From assembly GCA_964016885.1 (NCBI GenBank), contig OZ024740.1:363010001-363074000 (forward strand): 64,000 bases of DNA, in the 5' to 3' direction. Numbering within the stretch: position 1 is the stretch's first letter; each line of letters starts with the position of its first letter. The translations under genes and the position numbers were made by a program. The notes under the pieces are model-generated. The model was given only the letters and a program-made list of their open reading frames with translations, had not been told where the DNA came from and ran no database searches. Below are positions 12,778 through 24,836 of the stretch, piece after piece. The DNA comes from Eledone cirrhosa. Lineage: Eukaryota.

Positions 12778-14931
12778 CTACCCCCCCGGGTCATTATGGG
12801 GTTTGAGGGCGAGGTAAGTCCTACGCAATCTATGTTTACATGCAGTAACCAGTTCATCTTTCTTGTTTAGGAGTTGGTCCGTCGAAAACAGCATTTGTAA
12901 AGTTTCCTCCGAGCATAAATTGCACGGACGGCGTCCTCCCGTGTAAGAATTGGCTCTGGACAGTAATCTCCAAGTGAGATCATAGGTGATGTTGTTGTCC
13001 TTGAGGTCCCATATGTGGCCCGAAAGTGTAGTGGCGTGACGCCGGGCCGGGTTTCGGAAGGTATGTCTATGTTGGTATAGCCGGGTCTTGAAGTCACATG
13101 CGGTAAGTCCTATATAGGCTTTGTTGGAGGTATCCGTCCTCACGTTGCACTGGTAGATCACATTACGGTCTCTGCATCTATTGTCGAGTGGGCAAATAGA
13201 TCTATCCGGGCAGTTACACCTCCTGGTCGGTTCTCCACTGCTATTTAGGTTATTTCTGCCATCGGGGTTGAGTTTTTTGTTGTTAGAGGAGACGATGTTT
13301 TGTGCGAAGTTTGGTGTAGTGCTGTAAGAGAGTTTGATGGTATTTTTGTTAATTATGTTGTGGTAGCGGTGTTGTAATGGGAAGTGTTTTTCAATGAGCC
13401 TAAAGAATAGTTTCCCGATGGGAGTAGTCACCTCTGCGTTGTGGGGAGGATTGAACCATGTTACATTGCGTGAGCGGCGGTGTCTCCTGCTGGTTCCGCT
13501 AATGGGATCTGGACAGTAGGATATTTCCTCCCGGAAACCACTCCGCTTGAGGGCCTGGTTGTAATAAGGCGCATGTTCATCGAATATCCGCTCATTAGCT
13601 GACAAACGGGATATGCGGAGGGAGATGTTTTTGACCAGGTTGTTTGTGATGTTCCTAGGATGGTTTGATCGGCGGTGGATGTAGTGCAGATTGTCATTAG
13701 GTTTCCTGTATGGGTAGTACAGGTCGTTTTCGAGGTCGAGGGTTACGTCCAGGAAGTTTACTCGGGTCAGGGACGTTTGTAGGGTTATTTTAAATCCCCA
13801 GTCGCGGAAGAATCTGATTAATTGTTTCCGGACCCGATCTGTACTACTGGGGTTGTACCCTTTAAGGGTAAGGAGCCCATCATCACGGTACAATCCACCA
13901 CCGAATGCAGGAAACATATCAGTGAGTTTGGCTATTAGGAATAATCCTATAAGATCAGTGACCTCCGCCGAATCCGTGGCGCCCATGCTGACGTCGAAGG
14001 GTGAGTCGGGAGCTCTTTTTATCCATTTAGAGTCGTCAAAGAGTAAGACTGTCTTCCTGGCGTGGAGGATGATTTTTCTTTCCTGGTCGGTGATGGGCAC
14101 GAGTGTTTCGGCGAAGTCCAAGGCGGCAGTAAGTAGCGGTAAGGTGATTGAAGCATAGTAGCTCTCTATGTCGAACTGTATGAATTTAGTTTCTCGTTTA
14201 TCCTCCATATTGCTGAACCAGGAGATTACTTCCTGGGTGTTGATCCATAGGCTAAGTCGGGTGTGTTGCTTGACTTTTGGTATCACGCGGTCTAGGATTT
14301 TTTTGCTGATTCTCCCTATGTCGGACTTCGTTGGGTTAATAAGCCTGATGGAGGGTTTACGGTCAAAATCGGATTTATGGTCCTTCAGTGTGAAGTATGG
14401 TGTCCGTGGGTCTAGAGGTTCCGTGCGGTCGGCGACCCCGAGGCTGGAGGTGATGTGTTGTCCATCTCGATTTATGTCCTCGATGCAAGAGTGGTTGGCC
14501 TTTTTATAGGTGGAGTTTAGGCTGCTCCTGATCAGTGTGTGGTATCTGTCAGGGTTGACAAAGTATAGGTTCCCAGTTTTATCCGAATGCACCATGATGT
14601 CATTTGTGTTATCATACTCTGTTAAGTTGCTACGGAGTTTTTGTAGGAATCGGTTGTGTCTGGGTTTAAATTTAATGTTCTTGACCAGTTGGAAGAGGTC
14701 ATTCTCGAAGGGTGCGAGCAAGGGGTTCAGGGGCGGAGATTTGTAGGTAATAAATCCGAATCTCTCCTTGGTGCCGAAGTCTTGGTTGTCGCAATATCTG
14801 TCATAGAAAAAAGTTCTCCATCTAAGTCTTTTCGCAAATAGATCAATTTTTTGCGTGAGCATCCGAAGGTAAAGTTTTTTCGGTGGGATTGGGATGTTCT
14901 TGGTAGAGAAGTCAATGTTGTGTTTTCGCAT
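12778..14931 (-). CDS. PLE polyprotein (RT + Zn-finger + GIY-YIG endonuclease), Naiad-like; ~717 aa from ATG 14931
   Basis: Uninterrupted ORF with FSTKNIP, SDKTGNLY, TLKDHK..F..KPSIRLINP, QFDIESYYASI, MGATDSAEV, YRDDGL, CNC....CPL...C, VIYQC..YIGLT..FKTRLYQH and CNLCSEE. The ORF track extends it to a non-ATG start at 15078. Confidence 0.95.
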   Translation of the reverse strand: MRKHNIDFSTKNIPIPPKKLYLRMLTQKIDLFAKRLRWRTFFYDRYCDNQDFGTKERFGFITYKSPPLNPLLAPFENDLFQLVKNIKFKPRHNRFLQKLRSNLTEYDNTNDIMVHSDKTGNLYFVNPDRYHTLIRSSLNSTYKKANHSCIEDINRDGQHITSSLGVADRTEPLDPRTPYFTLKDHKSDFDRKPSIRLINPTKSDIGRISKKILDRVIPKVKQHTRLSLWINTQEVISWFSNMEDKRETKFIQFDIESYYASITLPLLTAALDFAETLVPITDQERKIILHARKTVLLFDDSKWIKRAPDSPFDVSMGATDSAEVTDLIGLFLIAKLTDMFPAFGGGLYRDDGLLTLKGYNPSSTDRVRKQLIRFFRDWGFKITLQTSLTRVNFLDVTLDLENDLYYPYRKPNDNLHYIHRRSNHPRNITNNLVKNISLRISRLSANERIFDEHAPYYNQALKRSGFREEISYCPDPISGTSRRHRRSRNVTWFNPPHNAEVTTPIGKLFFRLIEKHFPLQHRYHNIINKNTIKLSYSTTPNFAQNIVSSNNKKLNPDGRNNLNSSGEPTRRCNCPDRSICPLDNRCRDRNVIYQCNVRTDTSNKAYIGLTACDFKTRLYQHRHTFRNPARRHATTLSGHIWDLKDNNITYDLTWRLLSRANSYTGGRRPCNLCSEETLQMLFSTDQLLNKKDELVTACKHRLRRTYLALKPHNDPGG

Positions 14932-15116
14932 GGTGCGGGTGAAATGAATTGAGCTTAGCGGAAAAGTCTGGATACGGCGTGGTAGGGTCGGAAAGTGCTC
15001 TACTACGGGAGTAGGAGCTAGATAACGAAGGAAATGTGGTAAGGAACCAGGTGGACCATAACGCACCAAAGTACTCAATACTTGAGGTAGTAGAGTGGGT
15101 AATAGGAACCAGTAAG

Positions 15117-15210
15117 ACCCCGACAGCAGAGCTCAAGCCGTTTCGACGGCTAATTCTGGACTAAATGAACATTTATCCTGGTATTTAAATAGCCGATCTT
15201 CTCAAGGGGT
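15117..15210 (-). ncRNA. Type I hammerhead ribozyme, family B (upstream copy)
   Basis: Same fold as the other B copies, with one loop III substitution at 15128 (UUGAGCUCU). Cleavage would create a 5' end 190 nt upstream of the ATG. Confidence 0.88.
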
Positions 15211-16682
15211 AATTCCATATATGGTCAAAGTGATTGTCAAAAATCAGTAGTAATACTGTGGTTGCAAATTAGTAGGGGAGATGGTGGCTAAACCTGCCAG
15301 TAGGAGAAAGAGGGGAGGGGGTGGAGTAGACCCAATCAAGCGTTGGTAGTGCCAGCTACAGCTGGGCATGAGGTCAAAGAAGATACAGGGGAGGGGGAGG
15401 GGGAGGAAGTCGGAACGGTAGGTAGAACAATGGGGGGTAAAAATAGGAAAGAAAAAATACTGAGAGTGAAGAAAAGCAAAAAAGTGTAAAGAAAAAATTA
15501 AATTCTACGACCTAGGTGTCAGGCTATTGTTAGGCGAGAATAAAATAAAGAAAGAAAGAAAGAAGTAAATAAATAAATAAATAAATAAATAAGGAAATAA
15601 GTAAAAGAACTAGGTGGGACGAATTAAGCAAGGACCCTTTTAAGAGGTATAAGTACGTAAATGATACGGTGACTGGTCAACAAAAGGGGCCAAAATACTA
15701 AAGAGACTACCACGAAATAAACAATAAAGGTTTCCATCCCGGGCCAGCAACGACCCAGTGCAGCAAAGTGAACTTGTACGACATAATAATTCTGAGTCCC
15801 GGGAAAAATATATACTAATGCTAACTCTAAAAGATCTAAAACAAGCTACATGAAAGTTCGTACGAAATAAAGGTAGAATACGGAGAAATAAGTTCAGAAT
15901 CCACCCCGCCCAGAAGAAAAGCGAAGCAAGAAATACTGAAACGAAAAAATAAGGCATAAGTGCCACTAAGAAATAAAGAGGGCACAGAGAATAGTGGGAG
16001 CGGTCGGAAAAGGGGGGCAAGTATCCGGGGTCTAAGCCAACTGCTATAAAGGGCGGAGTCCGCCAAATCTATCAAAGACTAGGGGAGGGGGGAGTGGGGG
16101 TACTAAGGCTACATGGGGCCAAAGGGCAGCCTCGGGTGGGCGAGAAAAGACGCCGACAAAGGAGAAGAGCTGGGGTAGAAGGACAAAGGAGAGAGGGGGG
16201 AAGGAAATAAAGGATGCGATAAAAGAATACAAAGAAGATCTTACGTCTTCCTTGGCAAGCAGGGGTTACCCATTGCAAAATCGGCAACTGGGGTGTTAAA
16301 GCCCTAGTCTACCCCCCCCGGGTCATTATGGGGTTTGAGGGCGAGGTAAGTCCTACGCAATCTATGTTTACATGCAGTAACCAGTTCATCTTTCTTGTTT
16401 AGGAGTTGGTCCGTCGAAAACAGCATTTGTAAAGTTTCCTCCGAGCATAAATTGCACGGACGGCGTCCTCCCGTGTATATATTTATATTTACACATATAT
16501 ATACATGTGTATACATATAAATATATATATGTGTATACATATATGTGTATACATATAAATATATATATATATATATATAAATATATATATGTATATAAAT
16601 ATATACATATTCATATACATATATGTATGTATATATGTGTGCGTGTGAGTATATATATATATATGTGTGTGTGTGTGTATAT

Positions 16683-17210
16683 TTATGATGGCTGCCCCCT
16701 CGTTATCGAGTATGGCCTTGCATGATAAAAACAACAACATATATTAATAATTAACGGTGCTACGATCGAATGTGGCATTTTAGCCCAGTCACTGATCTAA
16801 AACGTCTTACACAGAGTTGGTGGCAACCATGATTAAAACATTCACTGACAATAGCCGGCTGTGGCTGGTCTGCATGTAGATTTGGATGTCGTTTGAGTAC
16901 TCCTGCTGATCTACACTTTGTTCGACATGCTTGACAGGTATGATGAGTTGCATCTCCGACAGCAGCCAGGTAGTCAACCACTGGTCTTCCTTTATGACTG
17001 CGAAGTTGACTATTGAGTCCAGCTTTGCTGAGGCAGAGTCTTCCCCAGACACTGCATGTCAGCGCCATAGGAGGACCTTTGCTCTCTGGAAATGTAACAG
17101 CAATACCTTTCTTGAAATCTCTTTGCGATTCGAGATGCTTCAAAAGCAACTTTCCCCTCATGTACAGACTTTTTCCATTTATTACGATCAGCAGCTACGC
17201 TTTCCCATAC
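16683..17210 (-). mobile_element. RTE-clade LINE 3' fragment with C2H2 zinc-finger-like tail (related piece at ~47360-47600)
   Basis: WESVAADRNKWKKSVHEG followed by three CxxC..H..H-like repeats. Its terminal motif (GATGGCTGCCCCCTCGTTATCGAG on +) recurs near 46457, 47065 and 47610. Confidence 0.7.
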
Positions 17211-17226
17211 ATATATATGTGTGTGT

Positions 17227-17910
17227 AAGACTGACATTCTGGCTGTTAGTCTTTCATCAGAAGAAAGAATTAGAGATAAAAGAATAAACAGATAGATAGA
17301 CGAGAGTAAGAAGAGAAGAATATAGTGAAATGGAAAGTGGTAGAGTCGTGGGATATTTTTGTAAAGCAAAACGCAAAGAGAAAAGTCCTGTAATCCGAAG
17401 AGAGAGCTAGGTAAAAGTTCAAGTATAGTTCAGGTTTAATCCAATTCCAGAGTGATGCTCTAATGTAGGAATCCAACGAACGTAAGGTGTCCACGTAAAC
17501 CTGTATATAAAAAGTAAAGGAAAAAAGACAATACAATGAATATATATATTAGTTTAACTTTTGATATAGTAGGAAAAGAGTCTTAACATTTTGGACGTAA
17601 TTCCTTCATGTGAATAGAGAATGAAAGATAAAAGAAGAAATAGTAAGATAGACTAGAGTAAGTAGAGAAAGAAACGAAAAATAATTTGTTTGCAAAGGGA
17701 AAGCACATTTGAGTTTGAGTTTAGCAAAATACACAAGAGTGACGGCTGAAGAAATGTGAGGTAAGGACAGGTGACTAGATCGGAATGTAACGGATTGAGG
17801 AGTGAAGAATATCGTGAGATGGAAAGTGGTTGTGTGTTGCGGGATATTGGTGTAATGCAACAAGGAGTGAGAAAAATCCAGTAATCCGAATAGATATCTA
17901 GGTAGAAGAT

Positions 17911-17912
<2 letters not shown>
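17227..17912 (-). mobile_element. Probable PLE 3' UTR remnant, family I (related remnant at 44606-45005)
   Basis: Both remnants end in a half hammerhead, CTGATGA-AAGACTAAC, next to a microsatellite. Internal diverged direct repeat at ~17313-17420 and ~17803-17910. Confidence 0.45.
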
Positions 17913-17956
<44 letters not shown>

Positions 17957-17958
<2 letters not shown>

Positions 17959-18605
17959 TAGCAGAGGTACCCGGCGTTGCTTGGGTATTAAATAGCAGTT
18001 GTGTATACCATTTATGTCAATACTTCAGTGCTGCTTCGAAAAGTATACTTTTACAAAATCAGCGGCTTTTTCCAAAAGGGGGTTCCTGCCCCCAGGGGTC
18101 CCCTACTCAATATGTGCAAATTCTGAGAGTTGACATTCATCTGTAGGACAAACGTAGCCGATGTGTCAAGTTTTGTGAAAATCGGTTGCGAACTCCAGAA
18201 GTTATGACGTTTTGTTGCATTGCACTGCAGTTCTTCAGTCGACTCTAAGAAAGTGGTTAAAGGGCGTTATCTGCCGGGAGGCCCTATAATCAATATCTGT
18301 AAAAATGAAAGTGCCCATGACCATCCGGAGTACATAAGTAACCTATGTCTTAAGTTTGGTGAAAATACTGTAGAGATGCATGAGGTTTATACACGCGCGC
18401 GCTTCTGTATGTTGTGGGGGGGGGGGGGGTATGTATATGTGTGTGCGTATGTATGTGTATGTCCGTCGGGGCATACGTATGTACTGGCCTAAATCTTCAC
18501 TATTTACTTTTACTATTTTAATAACCTCTGTCATTTTCGTTTTCAATTTTATTTACATCATTCTTAAACTCCGGGGCTGGAAATCATTCTGTTATGTTTA
18601 ATAGA
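17957..18605. mobile_element. Helentron/HINE-like non-autonomous element
   Basis: Starts TACTAGCAGAGGTACCCGGCGTTGCTTGGG (subterminal hairpin type end). The same end motif occurs inverted at 54099-54128. Confidence 0.55.
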
Positions 18606-19132
18606 ATATTAGTCTAACGACTCCATTTATACCATAAACTTGGTCTTGTCTTTGCATGAAATTGTTCTTTCCGCTCCACATAACGACGTATTATCCTCGC
18701 TTTTTTTCCCGTTCATTACCAGAGAACGTCTTCACGAACCAAAATATCGTCTTCCTGATTTCGTTCGGTTGGAACGTTTCTCGAAATATTGACTTCTGCG
18801 TTCACAGATTACTCTCAGTTCAATTTGAATGGGAAATTCCTGTTTCATCGATTTTCTCCGTAACCATGGAAGCTTGTATCTTAAATGTCGACCCAACGCC
18901 TCTTCGGGTCATTCTGCATAACTGTGTAAATTTTCGCTGCATTCCACCAAGCCGTTTCGACGTTTATCCGACTACACCTACTTACTTAAATATACAACAT
19001 CCGACCACTTCCAATTTATATAGTAGATATGTAGGAGGTGAGTTTTATTGTAGCACAAAAAAGCAATGCAATTTTGTTGATTTAAAACTTCACTGCTCAC
19101 AAGTGTTTTTTAAGCTTCATATCATGTCTACC

Positions 19133-19203
19133 TATTTTATCTGATGAGAACGCAGATATCATCCCATGATGTTATTTGATTTTGAAATGCGCATAATAAA
19201 ATA
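19133..19203 (+). ncRNA. Type I hammerhead ribozyme, family J (within PLE end ~19050-19238)
   Basis: UAUUUUAU-CUGAUGA-[stem II]-GAAA-UGCGCA-UA^AUAAAAUA. Perfect 8-bp stem I and palindromic loop III. Confidence 0.88.
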
Positions 19204-19236
19204 CTTGGAACTCTTTTAACCATCTTTTCATCTTAT

Positions 19237-19288
<52 letters not shown>

Positions 19289-19293
<5 letters not shown>

Positions 19294-19802
19294 ATACTTT
19301 GGGAGGGTCATGTTGCCAATAAGAAACACACGCACCAGTTGCTTTCACTTCAATTTATTATAATAAATTTATAAATTTAGTAATTTATAAATTTCCGGTT
19401 GGTTGGTTCCACAACCAGATGATTGTTTATATATTGTCAAAGTTCTTTCGTCACACATTCTGTGACCTCTTCTGTGACTGGGGATTCTTTTCTTTGCTTT
19501 TGTGTCTCTCCTTTGTTCTGTCCTACGCCATCTTGTTTTTGTGTGTGTGTTGAACACACACAAAAACAAGTCACTGAAGAGATCACAGAATGTGTGACGA
19601 AAGAACTTTGACAATATATAAACAATCATCTGGTTGTGGAACCAACCAACCGGAAATTTATAAATTTATTATAATATATTGAAGTGAAAGTAACTGGTGC
19701 GTGTGTTTCTTATTGGCAACATGACCCTCCCAAAGTATAACAATATCGGTTTCAACACACGTTTTCAGATAAAGAATGTTGCTAAACAAATTCAGAAACG
19801 AA
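19289..19802 (+). mobile_element. Asymmetric hairpin PLE end, family E
   Basis: Inverted arms at 19289-19478 and 19570-19745, unpaired tail at 19746-19802, (TA)n on both sides. Confidence 0.8.
19570..19612 (+). ncRNA. Minimal type I hammerhead, family E (inverted copy at 19436-19478 has CAGAAGA)
   Basis: GUCA-CUGAAGA-GAUCACA-GAAUG-UGUGAC-GAAA-GAAC-UU^UGAC. Confidence 0.78.
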
Positions 19803-19827
19803 ATATATATATATATATATATATATA

Positions 19828-20386
19828 TTAGTAAAAGGGAGAAGAAAATGCTGACAAATTTGTTTTAATAGACACCTGAACTGTTGACCTCTCAACATGA
19901 CTGCAACTCAATCAAGCGGAAAAGAACACACTTCGACAAACCTATATTTGGCGCGAAACCAGTTCGCGCTGAAATCAATTTAAACATTCACGTGACTTCT
20001 ACCGACCAATCAAAATTGTTTTGACTACAAGAATTTTTGCAACACCAATTGGCGCGAAATTTATAGTGCTTATTCACGTGACATTCAACAACCAACCAAA
20101 TCTTAATACCTCCCAAGCCACTTTTTTCACATAAAACAAGAATAATTTCCAAAACTGATCAGATTAGAGCAAAAATCACGAGCACTCTATCTCAAAATTA
20201 TTTTTGAAAAGCATAAGAAATGCGCAACCGGTAAAAACTTAAAACTAAAACTGAATACTAACTAATACTTATTACTAATTTATACTTATTCCTAATTAAA
20301 CTATTTTTCACTAGGAAAAATTTGTCAGCATTTTATTTTCCTTTTTACTAATATATCACAACTCGTGTGTGACACCTCTATTTTTG
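19828..20386 (+). mobile_element. Solo pLTR of family A (diverged) with short inverted head
   Basis: Similar to 8020-8490 plus the tail. 19828-19862 is an inverted copy of ~20318-20352. Confidence 0.85.
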
Positions 20387-20389
20387 TAA

Positions 20390-20511
<122 letters not shown>

Positions 20512-20784
20512 GAATGTATGTATAGTATATTTGGCAATATACCGTATGTTTAATTTAAAACATTTTGAAGTAGTGACTATGTCACTTACTTCTTTTTTCG
20601 GCAAAGGAAGGGAGAGAAGCTGACAGATTTGGTTTCACACTGTTGGTGTTCCTCTGAGCAACGTACTCCCTGCCTCTGCCGAACATTATAGAGGCTGGAT
20701 TCTTATAGAATTCCAGTAATAATCAGGAACTGATTATACAGAGCGATGCCTGTCCAGCAAAAATTGAAAATATATATATATGCT

Positions 20785-22162
20785 CTGTTCTTAGCCCTCT
20801 CTTGTTTATTATAGTATTACAGGCAATAACAGAGGAGTTTAAGACTGGATGCTCATGGGAACTCCTGTATGCGGATGCTTATAGCTGAATCTATGGTGGA
20901 ACTAGAGAAGAAATTCCAAACATAGAAGCAGAGACTAGAAAGAAAAGGTTTCAAAGTCAACCTGACAAAGACTAAGGTCCTCGTAAGTAGACGAGAAAAC
21001 AGAACCCAGATTCCCTCAGGGAAATGGTTTTGCTCAATGGTAGGGAAATGGTAGGGACTCCATTCTCTGCCCCAAATGCAAACAATGGGTACACAAGAGA
21101 TGTAGTGGGATCTTAGGAAGCTTAATTAAGAATGTAGGTTTTACATGTAGCAGCTACACCGTGACAGCAAGCAGCAAACGGCCACAGAAAGCAAGCACTA
21201 CCAAACTCAGGGAGGGCTCTGTAAAAACAGTTTACGGCTTCTGCTACCTAGGTGACCGAATTAGCAGCGGAGGTGGGTGTTTGGAAAGTACGGTAACTAA
21301 GGTAAGAACGGGATGGAAGAAGTTCAGGGAGCCACTGCTAGCTGCAAAAGGCTTTTCCTTCAAAATGAAAGGCAGACTGTACGATGCGTGCAGACGAACA
21401 GCAATGTTACATGGTAGTGAGACCTGGGCGCTGTGTGAAGAAGACTTGCATAGATTAGAAAGAAACGAAACCTGCATGCTCCGAAAGCTTGCATAGATTA
21501 GAAAGAAACGAAACTTGCATGCTCCGATGCATGTGTAATAGTAATATACGCGAACTGCAAACCATAAACGAATTGAGAGAGAGAGTCTGAGCATAAGAGA
21601 ATCAAATGCTGTATGCAGAAGAGGAGGTTGCGTTGGTATGGACATGTGATGCGTACGAAGGATGACAGCTGCCTAAAAAGGTGCAGAGCACTAGAAGTCG
21701 ATGGAAGCCGTGGTGTGGGGAGACCCAAGAAGACCTGGGATGAGGTAATAAAAGCCTATCTTACCCAATTGCACCTCTCAAAGGCGATGATACAGGACCT
21801 TGGCCTCTGGCGTCACGGAGTTATACAGAAGACCCGACTTCCCACGGGTACAAGCTGAAGCTGAAGCATATAGACAATATGCCTCCACCCCCTCCCACTG
21901 CAACGTGGTCATGGAGGTTCCACGTCAAAAAAGCACCTAGCCCATACTGTAAAGTGGTCGTGTAGGCGCCACGGAAAAAATGCACCCAGCACTCACTGTA
22001 AATGAGGTTGGTGTTAGGAAGGGCATCCAGCTGTAGAAATCAAGCCAAAATCAGTTCCCGTATGAGCCAGACAAGGTCAGCCGACCGGGCACTTCCCACA
22101 ACAGGACAACTAGTCTAACCCATGCTAGCGTGGAAGAATGGACGTAACACGATGATGATGAT
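20785..22162 (+). mobile_element. RTE-clade LINE 3' portion (degraded RT, C-terminal domain and 3' UTR)
   Basis: LSPLLFIIVLQAI, WELLYAD, FCYLGD, WKKFRE, MLHGSETW and RRLRWYGHVMR. 3' end has a (GAT)n tail. Confidence 0.85.
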
Positions 22163-22328
22163 ATAAATTTAAAAGTTATTTGTAAAATTAAGACACTCAA
22201 TGAATGTATAAAATATACAGATACATTATCAAACTCCGAGAAGTAGTTTAACATATTAAACTTATGTCAAAATCTCAATTGGGTTTGGGGGATATAAGTC
22301 AGACTGACTGAAATAAGTTTGGCATAAG

Positions 22329-22402
<74 letters not shown>

Positions 22403-22403
<1 letters not shown>

Positions 22404-23132
22404 TATCTTGGTTGTCCATCGTAAACGATGATGACATCCTCTTTATTGTTGTTCCCGTCTGCCGTGGGCACGAAGGTGGCTGTGGAGGCCGATCCTTGGC
22501 TTGCAGGTCCGGGGACAGTGGGGGTAGGGGAAGAGACCGGAGTCAGACTGGCAACTCCCAGAGGTTACATCCACCTGTTACCTTCACCTCTCGCCCATCG
22601 CTGCAGGGCTTGGGAGTGCAGGCTAAAGAAGAAACATGTGCGGGAAAGGTTTATAGTGGGAGGGTCAGTGCACAGTGACGGTCCCACTCACTCGGCCGCA
22701 GAAACCAGAATCCGGTGGTACGGAGGACTGTCACGACCAGGTACTTCCATGGCTGCAGTGGATGGACACGACATCTGTAGTGCCTTGCCGTGCCTAGCGC
22801 TCGACACCGCTTGCTGTCGCCGCCTTTGTGACCGTTGGGAGGATGTTGTCCTCCTCCACTCACTCCGCCGGGTCCAGTCTTCGCATGCAGGGGCAGGCAT
22901 CCCCTATCTAACTCACTGGGGGGTTTCAGACTCCTCTGGCTACCCTCAACCTGGTTCGGCCCGCCAGCTAAGGCGGTTTACCGGTGTGTGGTCGCTGTCA
23001 CATGCTACAGCTTCTTGGGGCCACAGGTGAGAGCTGAGTGTCAGGTGGGACCCAATGCAGGACGAGCTGTCCTGAAAAGGGCATGGCTAGCCCTCCCTAC
23101 AGAGGTGCATATCCCTCCCTGACACCCCAGGC
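22403..23132 (-). mobile_element. Internally deleted non-autonomous RTE-like element
   Basis: GC-rich 5' UTR-like part joined to an RTE-type 3' terminus (GTCATCATCGTTTACGATGGACAACC). Bounded by microsatellites. Confidence 0.5.
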
Positions 23133-24362
23133 ATATATACACACGCATATGCATACACATACATCATATACATACACATACATATATACATGTGTATATA
23201 CATACATTCACATTTTTGGATGACCGTTGACTCTTATGAGTTCTTCCACCCTTACATATATATATTTAATATATACACCCACCCACAGCCACTTACACCA
23301 CCCACTCTACACACCCTACCACCACTGACCCCCACTACACACCCGCATCCACTACACACCCGCATTCAACCCTTTCCCCACCACCAGTATACTAAGACCC
23401 ACTAACACCCCCTTTACCACATACACACTCATCCAAACACGCACACACACACCAGTACACTACACTCCCTCCAACGTCCCCCACACCTTACTCTCCCCCT
23501 CCTTCTCCCCGCTCCACCCACACCCCTTCTAACACACACGCACACACACATCCCACTAACACCTCTACTAATACACCCCTCCCCTTTCACACCTACACAT
23601 CCTCTTCCCTGTCCACCGCACATACTGACACACCGACTTTCTCCACCTGCCATCTCCCCTACTGCTGCTATGCCCTGACCCTCTGACCACCTCACCGCAC
23701 ATACAGACACACAACTCTCCTCCTGCCTTGACCCTCTGACCACTTCCTGTTGCGTGCGCACCCTACATCTCCCCTCTTCCGACCAACCCAACCACGGATT
23801 ACACACATTAGACATCGATCCCACGAATCAACTCCATCACAAGGAAATAATCCGGCCACCCACACGCCACCTACATCCACAATACGTATAAACACCAAAC
23901 ACACGTGCGTACCACCACATATTTACACACTCAGCCTCCGGAATCCTCTCCCCCTCCCCCACCCCTCTGATCCCTCCCCATCCACATACGCACACACACA
24001 CCGACCTACACCCCACCCCGCACACACCTTTTCCTGAACATGGAACACCGTTCTTCCCCCAACTCTCATATTCACATACACACACACACGTACACCTACA
24101 CACACACACCACCTTCAGCCCTCCCCGCTCAGACACACCGCCTCCCTCTCCCCACTCCACCCGCCACCACCCCTACCCGCCCCACACCCCTACACGCCCC
24201 ACACACCTTCCACCACTTGTTTATCTTCATGTTTATTTTTATTTTTATTATGTTTTTATATTTATTTTCATTTGTACCGTTTCCTCTCACCCCCTTTTTT
24301 CTAAATGTCTCTCTCCCACTCCCCTACACACCCTTGGAACTCTCTTCCCACACACTTTTCGC

Positions 24363-24390
24363 CTGAAGAAGGGCTTATGCCCGAAACGTC
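24363..24390 (+). ncRNA. Minimal hammerhead core, family K (second copy at 28069-28096 with a stem II mismatch)
   Basis: CUGAAGA-A-GGGC-UUAU-GCCC-GAAA-CGUC. The stem I partner is uncertain. Confidence 0.7.
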
Positions 24391-24836
24391 GTTCCCCGCC
24401 ACCAACCCACTCTCAAGAGCGTGAAACTAATAAACCTTTGTTCGTACTGCCTCTCTGTTTTGTTCCCGTTCCATTTTTCACTATACAATACACGCTCCCA
24501 CGGCTTCCATGCCACCTTGGAATATTACCTTGACTACCGGCTCAACCCCGATCTAATTCGCCGTGACCACTCTCTCAACTTTCCCCACACCTTCCCACAA
24601 CTTGTTTTTTCCTTTCTTTGCATTACTTTTTGATTTATTTATTTACTGTACTTGTTTATTTCTGTCTATGATTTTTTGTCCATGATTGCCTGTGTATACT
24701 CTCCTGTCCTTACGTTATTTCTGTTAGATTTTTCCTCCCCCGCCTCTGCCTATCTTTGGCACTCACCCCTTCGTTCCACCCCACAGCCACCCGCTTCACA
24801 CACCTCCCTTCTCATTCCTTCCCCTGCTTTCACACC

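Larger units (their letters stand above)
11572..16477 (-). mobile_element. Intact young Naiad-like Penelope element, family B; 1.39-unit head-to-tail tandem
   Basis: Direct repeat 11572-12946 = 15103-16477 (period 3531 bp, only 3 differences spotted). Both ends lie in (TA)n with TA microhomology. Confidence 0.95.

Noticed and set aside
12778-14931. Selenoprotein (UGA-recoded) Naiad
   Set aside because: The ORF has no in-frame TGA, and the Zn-finger positions are ordinary Cys codons.
14932-15078. N-terminal extension giving the 766-aa ORF
   Set aside because: It uses a non-ATG start inside the pLTR tail. The first ATG (14931) directly precedes the conserved STKNIP motif.
18656-19144. 162-aa ORF
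   Set aside because: It has no recognisable motif and runs across a repeat boundary into the family J ribozyme.
22950-23132. HDV-like ribozyme at the 5' end of RTE-like pieces (also ~48090-48185)
   Set aside because: Stems are present, but I could not assemble the nested double pseudoknot by eye. It needs a descriptor search.
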